Positions 54,606 through 64,000 of a stretch of DNA of 64,000 nt are shown here, in pieces; positions within the stretch are counted from its first letter, which is position 1; each line of letters starts with the position of its first letter. Source of the stretch: Octopus vulgaris. Taxonomy: Eukaryota. The translations under genes and the position numbers were made by a program. Where the stretch lies: contig OX597824.1 of the NCBI GenBank assembly GCA_951406725.2, positions 52,824,001 through 52,888,000 on the forward strand, written 5' to 3'. The notes beneath the pieces are model-generated. The model did no database searches and was not told where the DNA came from. It worked only from the letters and a program-made list of their open reading frames with translations.

Positions 54606-55950
54606 TCGTAGACTGGTGTTGGCAGACGACTTGCAAAAATGTACGTGAAAAACCAAAGAGGTTTTTACAAGCTAGGTTCTCAAAGGGGAGGGATGTCGAG
54701 GGGCGATAAAAGAGAAAAACCAGCTGTGGTTGTACAGTGGTGTCAGTATGAGGTAAAGATACTGTTAAGCAATTCTTCTTGCTATTAAAGCGGTCGTGTT
54801 GACCACGCTGGAACACACGGCAGCCCGTTCGGCCAAGCTTTTCCCAAAATGATGCTCACACATATGTGTTACTGACAACGCGGTTACGTCTGGGTCATCA
54901 ATTGATATCTATAAACTGAATGTGTGTTTGTGGGAAAAGATCCATATATACATACATGTATGTGTGTGTGTGTGTGTGTATATATATATGCGTGTGTAGA
55001 TATATGTATGTATGTATATATGTTTGTGAATGTATATATATATATACAGAGAGAGAGAAAGACAGTCAGACAGAGGCAGACAGACAGACAGATAGATAAA
55101 TAGATAGATAGATGAGTGTATGCTTTTTTGTGTTTGTGTATATATTTATATTAATGTTTTTGTGAGTGCGTGTGCATCTATTTACATGTGTTTATGAATA
55201 TATATCTCTGTCCATGTCCCTACGTGTTTTTCGTGTGTGTATTTGTGTGCGAAAGAGCAGGAGAGAGAGAGAAAAAAAAGAAAGTGAGAGACTGAGTGAG
55301 TGAGTGAGTGAGTGAGTGAGTAGTGAGTGAGTGAGTGAGTGAGTGAGTGTGTGTGTGAGTGAGCGAGCGAGGGAGAAGGGGAGAGAACAAGAACAATGAG
55401 ATTGTGAGACCGAATGAAAGAGAAAGACACAGATACAGAGAGAGAATATGCGTGTATGCAAGAGTGCTGTATTTGTGTGGGGGATTGTATATATGTTTGT
55501 GTTAATGCTTATTGTATATACGTGTATGTGAGTATATGTCTACTTATATTGTTTGCAATGTGTGTGCTAATTAAAGGTATACATACATATTTAAGAGATT
55601 GTGCATTTACTGATGTATATTCATTTTTACTTTTGGATGTGTGTGTGTCTGTGTTTCTGTGTGTGTGTATGTGTGAATGTGTCTATGTCTCTGCTTTAAT
55701 GTGTGTGTGTATGTATTTGTATGTGTACGTGCTCTTCAGCTCTTGGTATGACCAGAAGAAGGAGAAAGGTTCTTCTTAAAAGTGAACGATTTCCTGCAAA
55801 ATATAACTCCTTCCTTGTTTGTTTGGTTGATTTTTTTTTTGTGTGTGGTTTTCTTTTTATTGCTCTGGTTATTCTCGTTAATGTCGTCTTAACTGTCGTT
55901 TCGGTTTGGTTAGGGCTTTCTTTTCCTTACTTAGTACCAATATCGAAAAG

Positions 55951-55958
55951 CATTATAA

Positions 55959-56020
<62 letters not shown>

Positions 56021-56027
56021 GTTGTTG

Positions 56028-56091
<64 letters not shown>
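55951..56091. repeat. (ATT)n(GTT)n(ATT)n microsatellite
   Basis: Seen directly. Confidence 0.95.
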
Positions 56092-56092
<1 letters not shown>

Positions 56093-56242
56093 TCTGGTCG
56101 TTGGTTGTCTTGTTGTTTGTGTTCTTGCTGTTACTGAAGAGACAACTGTAACGACGACTATGATAGTGCTGAATGTCGGAAGTTACGGCAGATCCGACTT
56201 TCAGCCCGAACAGAAACGAGACGAATAACTAGGAGTATTACA

Positions 56243-56286
<44 letters not shown>

Positions 56287-57052
56287 TATATACATACACA
56301 CACACAAAGGTGTGTGTGCGGGTGTAAAAAAAAAAAAGAACGAAACAGTTCCCTTATAGGTTGCTTAAAACAACGCGGCGTATATCACTTCTTTTCTTCT
56401 ATATCACCCGTATTTTTTCAACAGTTTATTTTTCTTATTCTTTCATTTACAAATTATTTATATAAACGTCTACTATTTTAACTTCCTGTTATTCTCATTA
56501 ATATCTTTTTGTTTGGGTTTAATGAAGATATTTATATAGACATGTGTGCTTTTTTTGTTATTATTTATTATTTTTTAGTTCAGTTGTTTTTATTCGAAAA
56601 CGAAAGTGAAAGTTAATAAGGTAGCAGTAAATAATCACCAACGGCGAGAAAGCGACGCAAACGCTGCTAGGCCAACCAAGGATAAACAGAAATATAGAAT
56701 TGTTGTCTGCAGTTGTGAAAAGGAAAAGCTAACATTTTACTAGTTAACTCCGTTTCTTTTACATACATACACCCATGTGTGTGTATGTATGTATATCTAT
56801 ATATATATACATACATACATGCATATATATATACATACATATATTATATAAATATATATTTATATACGCGCGCACACACAAGTATTTGTATACGTATTCT
56901 CCCTCTCTCTCTATATATATATATATATAGGAAATTATATGTAGGTAGGTCGGTCGATCAGTTTGATAGATATGCTGACAGGTGGATTAGGGAATAGATG
57001 GATAGATAAAAGAAATGAATAGACAGACAGACAGACAGACAAATGAACAGGA

Positions 57053-57121
<69 letters not shown>

Positions 57122-57199
57122 TGTGTGTGTGTGTGTGTGTGTGCAGAGAGAGAGAGGGGGGAGGAAGATTTTCATGTACGCTATATTTCAACCTAGGTA

Positions 57200-57900
57200 C
57201 AATAGCATCAACACCACCAGTGCCGCACCTTTCACCGCTGTTATTACCGCCGCCGCCGTCACCATCGCTACTGAAGCCTTCACCTCTCCAGCACCGCCCT
57301 TAACTTCCTTTAGCAACCGTTGCAACAACTACAGCGGCAGCATGGGGCTCCCCCACACCACCATCAACATCACCACCACTACTATAAGCGGTACGGCTGA
57401 GCGTGTTGCCATCCCCACCTTCACTATCATCACTAACGCCACTAGAAGCGGTGTTCTACCACCACCGCCGCTTCGGTGAAATCACCAGCGCTTACCGCTG
57501 CAGTCGCCACCGCTGTTATTACCGTCATCACCCGCAAATCTGCTACTGCTGCTACTGCTGCTGCCTTCGTGCAGATCAATATCAACCAGAAACAACCTTA
57601 CCACCATCATCGCTACAACCACCACCACCACCAACATAAACACCGCTGCTGCAAATATATGCCATATCACCGATCAGCAACCTCAACACCGCCACCACCA
57701 TCACCATCACCAGCGACAACAACAACACCAACCCCGTAAATATCACCATTAACATCACACCACTATCATCATTATCACAATCACTACCCTAATAACCTTC
57801 GATGGTACAAGCTACCACCACCACCATCACCATTATAACTTCACAAACCGCCTTATTACAGTTACTGCCACTATCACCATCACAACTATCAACGCAAACA
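57200..57900. repeat. Decayed trinucleotide (CCA/CCG/CAT) low-complexity tract
   Basis: Triplet periodicity; low-complexity ORFs in several frames. Confidence 0.7.
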
Positions 57901-58649
57901 ACATTAGATGCACAATCGTCACTCACACAAGTGCAACTAATGTATACGCTTAAGCATATGTGCGCGCATGACTGTGTGTGTGTGTGTGTGTGACGCTGTA
58001 ATATGTAAATATATGAATAATCATACAAATATACTAACACAGTATGTATGTATGTATGTATGTATGCATGTATGTATGTATGTATGTATGTATGTATGTA
58101 TGTATGTATGTATGTATGTATGTATGTATGTATGTATGTATGTATGTATGTATGTATGTATGTATGTATGTATGTATGTATGTATAAATACATTCGCAAA
58201 CACGCATACGTACAATTCATACACGCACCCACTCGTGTGTGTGTGTGTGTGTGTGTGTGTACGTCGTAGTCGAACGGAGTCGAGTAGTGCCGAGTGGAGC
58301 CGAATTGTACGAAGCCTATCCGATCGGACCCGAGCAACAAATATTTTAATAGTAGTGACAGATGCAATGTGTGCAGTAATGCAGTTCAACGGCAGCAGCG
58401 TGCAGTAACAGCGACATAGCATTACTTAGCTTCATAGAGTTTTCAGAGTTGTGAGAAGTGATTTGCTGCGAGAAACGAATATTGAAATCGAACGGTAGTG
58501 TCTGATGGAGTGTATTGAACTCAGTGTGGGTATCGCCTTACTGAAATTTGGGAACTTACTGTGTGCCTCGCTTGGTGATAGATGACTGCGTGTAAGGTTG
58601 TATGGCAGAGTGATGTGTAATACCTACATATATACATACATACATTCCC

Positions 58650-58682
<33 letters not shown>

Positions 58683-58723
58683 CAATCATTCATTCATACC
58701 TACATCCATAAATGCACACACAC

Positions 58724-58819
<96 letters not shown>

Positions 58820-60729
58820 CACACAGATACATCCACAAACAGCTATTCATGCACGTGCATACAGAAAGAGTTAAATAAAAATATATATAGAAAGATAGTA
58901 GCAGGGAAAAATGATTATACGTTCGCTTTAAACTATGGAAAGAGTTAAAAATTGAGGATTTTGCAGTACAGGTATCCCAGTCAATAGAATAGAAGAGAAA
59001 GAGAGAGAGCGTGTGTTAGTGTGTGTGTGTTTGCTTGAGCGTGCGTATGTGCATATACCTATGTATATATGTCTGTAATTTTTTTAATTCGACTGATAAG
59101 CCGACAGATGTTCAACTGTAAACTTTTCTTAAAACACGTTTAATTGACAATAACCTAATTTTTTAATTATCTTGTACTGCATTTTACACAGTGTTACATC
59201 AGACACGGGAAATGTTTCTCTATCAGTGGGCCTTATACGTATTGCTCAGCATAAATCGAATCACAACAAAACCAATATTTTAATATTGCATATAATAGAG
59301 AAGACAACATAGATTACTCTAACTCATTCTAAAACAATCATCGTGAGAAAATGCAAATGAAGAAGGAAAGGGAAAATAATTGCTTTAATTATTAGGGTTA
59401 AAATAATTACGTTCATATAATGTGTGTCGTAATATACGAGTCAAGTGTCGCGAGTTGTCCATACCTGCATTTATTTAATTGCAATATTCTACACTTCAAA
59501 TACAACAAATTCATTCGCATTTTCCATCGTCTTCATTGAGCTTCTGATGATGTAGAGTAGTTTTACTTGAGGAATGTTACACAAACAGAAATTATGGACA
59601 ATTTCTTACAAAATACATTGAAGCCTTTAGCTGCGTATTTGTGTGCATGCCCTGCTGACTTTACCATTCTTCCTTTCTTCCAGGATCGATAGAATTATGT
59701 ACTTGGATCTAATTCTGAACGTCGGTGCTCTATCCAGGGTAATTTTCGCGCGTATTCGCTCATCTTTAGGTTTAATCCTGTCACTGGCAGAAATGCTGAT
59801 TCGGAGAGTATAGACGCGGTAGGTTGACCGTTAAAGATAGTTGTGACGTAGGGTGAGTCGATAGGAATGTAGTAAGGAAGTAGCGGGCATGAAAATAAAT
59901 GCAATGGTAGTGATATAAAAGTAATGATAGAACTGTAGTAACCTCTTTTCAAAGAAGTTTCTATAGTTCCGATGAAAAGACAAAAATGGAATTTACGTCG
60001 GTAAACACTTTTATTCGTACAGTTTGTATTCCAGTGGGAGAAAAATTTTCGACTGTTCCAGCAGAGTGCTTCTTCAGGGAAGTATTTTTCTTGTTTTACT
60101 TTTTGTCTTTGAGAGCGTGGCAAAAGCATGAGTGGACATAATGAAGAATCAATTATTGCGAATGTTTGTAAGAGAAATGGTAGGAGGAGAGAGAGAAAGG
60201 AAAAGTGTGAGATTCGAGGTAGAAGGAGAACAAGGACGAGGAGAAAGGCAGTACAAAGGCAAGGAGAGCCTTGCTTTGATCGGTTGAAGGTCAATGATCA
60301 GCTAGTAGCTAGTCAATACCAATATTCACACACACATATACACACATACACACTCGCACTCACACACACTCACATAGAGATGTATACGGAAAAGTGAACT
60401 CTATCGGCTACACAGTATATTATCACACATAGACATACATATAATGCAATCATTATTGGTATCTCCCGTTCATTTTGTACAAACGAATATCATAAGCTAA
60501 GCAACTTTGTTGCGTATTCTCTCACAAACGTACACACCGACATACACACACTGAATGCAAATATATACATATAAATAGCCTTGAAAGCATATGCACGCAT
60601 AAACATGTTCATCCATACATGTAACTGAAAATATTAATTTAATTAAATAAAATTATTCTGTATCAATTAATAAATACGGTCTTTTGATATGAAGTGTCCT
60701 TAGCAGCATACCTGTTTTACTTCTGCTCC

Positions 60730-62560
60730 ATCAGAAACAGACAGGCGGGTGACTGAATGCATCCTTTTGCCCATGTTCCTCCACATCTTATACATCAACA
60801 AAAATTCAGTGACTCAAGTTTTTCCAAGTGATTCACATCTAACTATGCTGCAGCCCTTTAGAGAAAACAAAACACATGGTCTACATCACCTAAAGAAGTT
60901 CATCCACTTCCCAAACCTGGTTTGCTTTCACAGCTCTAGCAAGACCGCTATCTGGAGTGCAAAGGATGCCTTTGTGCTTTATATGACTTTAATCTCTCAC
61001 ACTTCCCAAACTAAGTTCGGTTCTCTTGGTCTGTTATCAAAAGAATCTCTACCAACTCTTTTTCTCTTCTTATAGATAATGTTGGCTATATAAGCAGGAC
61101 CCCCATGGGCAAAGCCCCCACCAGCTTTGATCCAACTGCACACTACACAACCCTGGTTAATCGCTTCCAAATATATCTTCTCCAACTCTACCAGGCTCTC
61201 CACCTTGCATATACATTCGCCAAAATAAAGCCATCGCTCCTTAAAATGTTCTTTCCGTTATACTCAAGCATAGAACTCCTATATTCACCAAAATCTTAAG
61301 TCTCTCACTCTTTACGGAAGTATTCCCTGCCATTTGAAGCACTCCTCTGTATGTCCTATTTAAAAGAAAGAAAAACCTTCCAACACAGCCAACAATCATC
61401 CTATTTCTCTCAACTCTTCATCTTTAAAATAACGAGGATGACAACGACGTTTTCTTACCCCCCCTCTCTCTCTCTTTCTCGCTCTCTTCAATGACCTATA
61501 ATACTGCTTCCACAAAAACAGACCCACTCTTATGCCACTCGCTTGAGGACTCTCGCTCTATTGAATTTCAGTGTAATGTTGTTGTCCTGACATCAACAAA
61601 CGCTTCAACTGTGTCTGGCATGCAAATCTCCAGTCAAAACTTTCTACCTACGGAGCCCATTCATTTTCATGTCAGGAATCGGTAGCTTCCTGTTTGATCA
61701 CAACATTTTGGCATTTGTCAGTGGAGATATTTCTTTCCTACTCTCAGTCAATTCTGGTGTTCCCCTGGGTTAGGTTTTTACCTCCCCTCCACTCTATTCT
61801 TTCTATACTTAATGGCCTACCTGGGGTTACATCCATCAACGCTCACTTTTATGTAGATCGCACCCTTCATCACTCTCGAACATTCCTCACCCATGCATCA
61901 ACAACATGCCAACCCGGCCTCCATTCTATAAACGGATAACTGGAGAGTATTTTTAGTAGGGCCATGTCAATTTTGTCTCCTTTAAAATCAAAAGAGCTCA
62001 ATACTTCTCACATCAAGGAAATACCACTGCACCATAATCCCAAAACACGAGCATCACTCGGGTAGGGCCCTGATGATCGTTGTAAACGCTTGTCTTTAGC
62101 CTCAATCGAGAATTTTTCTTGGTGGAACCACATGCTATGTATAGCTAGGCAATCTCAAAGGCAAACCCTTCTCTTCAGGGCCAGAAACTATTTTATCTCC
62201 CAACAACTGCTAACACTCTACAAACTCAGGATATCTTAGTGCGTATCACCAACATCGTCTCAGATACAGGAGTAGAACAGAAAGTGAGGCTCACATTCGA
62301 ATTCTACTCCTACATGTGAGACAGTGCTGGTGAAACGCACTAAGACATCCTGGGCCTGTATGCATAGTGAATCCACGAAATTAATTGGCCTTAAATAACT
62401 AAATAGGCACAGACTTTCATCTAACCTAAAGATGTGCCGTCACTTTTGTGTATTTTCTATCAGCACTATAATGGCTTCATCTCCTCTGATCTCAGTTCCT
62501 TAGTCTGATCTCGTACTTTCTCTACTCAAATCCTATCGACCCACTTTACTTTTATCACTA
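60730..62560 (+). mobile_element. Highly degenerate APE-RT LINE (Ingi/Jockey-like)
   Basis: SDSH (cf. SDH) near 60830, KAPT..D, NNHPISL near 61391, NSGVPLG near 61750, KVRLTFEFYS near 62281, in the expected order. Confidence 0.6.
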
Positions 62561-62908
62561 TTACACCTTCTCAGTTGTGCGCTTGTGTGCGCGTACAAAT
62601 TCTACGACTTGAACTCAAGGAATGTACGCACACAAGGTTTCCACGATGAAATCAATATTTTTTTTTCAAGGTAAATTATTTGCATTGTTATGCACATCAT
62701 ATCTATAAAAGGGAGGATCTGTGTGCGTGTGTGTGTGTACGTGATTGTAATTTATGCACGTCCACAAATTAGCACGCATGTCGCTCAAATTTTAGGAGGA
62801 CATTTGTTAACATCCTATCTGAGTTTTGTCAACATTTTTGCCCCCGAGGTACCCGTGGATAGCGTAAATATCTATTTTCAGACATAGCTTTTAGCCACAA
62901 AAAATATC

Positions 62909-63180
62909 GGCCATTACTTTTTGACAGCGTCAAGCAAAAAAAAAATATAAAGAAAAGTGGAAGAAGAAGGCAGAGAGTTTCACGGGAAAGACAAAGTGAG
63001 AGAAGGAGAGACAGAGAGTAAATGACGACGTTCATGAAAATCTATTTTTAGCCATTGCTTATGGACGGCATCTAACAAAAAAGAATAAGATAAAGAAAAG
63101 TGGAAGAAAGAGGCAGAGAGTTTCACAGGAAAGACAAAGTGAGAGAAGGAGAGAGAAAGAGAGTAATTGATGGCGTTCAT
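62909..63180. repeat. Two diverged tandem copies of a unit of about 140 bp
   Basis: gccatt..taaagaaaagtggaaga..ggcagagagtttcac.ggaaagacaaagtgagagaaggagag..cgttcat occurs twice. Confidence 0.85.
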
Positions 63181-63262
63181 AAATATAATGTAAAATGTTT
63201 TTTTTTTTGAAAGACACTATATTTTATAATCATAGTATATATACTTTCTCACACAACAATTA

Positions 63263-63820
63263 CAATATACTGCGTTCCATTTTGTTTGTTTGTGCGCATG
63301 TATGTGGGTCAGTGTGTGTGTGTGTGTCTATACATGCATACATGTACGTATGTATGTGTGTGTGTGTGTGTTTACATGTGTTTGTATGTTAGATATGTAA
63401 ATAAACATATCAATATACAGACGGATAGGTCTATAGACTATATGAACAGACACATATGGAGACACGGATCCACACATATAAAGATGCACATCCATACATA
63501 AGAAACATGGTACATAGTTACATAACACATACACACAGATATGCACACACAATGAGACAGAGGTGCATATATATACAAACACATGCACACACACACATAC
63601 ATAGAAAATACACAAACACGGACAGGCAAGCACATAAATATGTAGTATACGTACATACAGATGCACACACATACATACATATGCACACACACACTTATAT
63701 ACATACAAACACATGCAAACACACACACATACATACGTACATGCGTGCATGTATAGGCACACACACACACACTGACCCACACACATGCACACAAACAAAC
63801 AAAAGGGAACGCAGTGTATA
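63263..63820. repeat. Inverted repeat, arms about 120 bp (63263-63389 / 63701-63820)
   Basis: actgcgttccattttgtttgtttgtg..gtgggtcagtgtg versus cacactgacccac..cacaaacaaacaaaagggaacgcagt. Confidence 0.85.
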
Positions 63821-64000
63821 TAACGGACAGTCAAAACTATTGAAAAGGTTGCACGACGCAACGAAAATTTTAGGAAAATAAAAATAAGAAATAACTGGAA
63901 ATTTTACCGGTGAGTGTGTTAAATAATAAGGCACAAAAAGAAAATGACTCTCCCCAGACACAACAGAATATGCTTCAACACACGAACTCATATAAAGAAT

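Noticed and set aside
57015-57739. Thr/Pro/His-rich mucin-like ORFs
   Set aside because: Open in several frames because of triplet low complexity; they start inside microsatellites and lack splice support.
59695-60294. 199-aa minus-strand ORF with hydrophobic N-terminus
   Set aside because: The hydrophobic part comes from a GA-rich tract; TTG start; no known motif.
62909-63180. CRISPR-like repeat array
   Set aside because: Only two long diverged units, no spacers, eukaryotic context.

Overview
AT-rich, microsatellite-saturated animal genomic DNA. The SINE families suggest a cephalopod such as Octopus (inference). The window is mostly transposable elements: several Penelope-like elements (PLEs; Neptune type, with RT, a CxxxxCxxC linker and a C-terminal GIY-YIG), R4/Dong-like and Hero-like REL non-LTR remnants, an RTE fragment, a CR1/L2-group LINE with an uninterrupted 786-aa ORF, mariner, maT, Tc1 and Tigger DNA transposons, and two abundant tRNA-derived SINE families. 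Only one host coding exon is convincing: a minus-strand exon of a CD20/MS4A-like membrane protein at 54417-54605. The most notable signal is a set of hammerhead-ribozyme (HHR) motifs in PLE termini and in short (TA)n-flanked non-coding units. Several are fold-back palindromes, one carries two divergent HHRs, and one has an inversion breakpoint at the predicted cleavage site. All calls are by eye; no database searches were run. A 100-N gap lies at 51233-51332.
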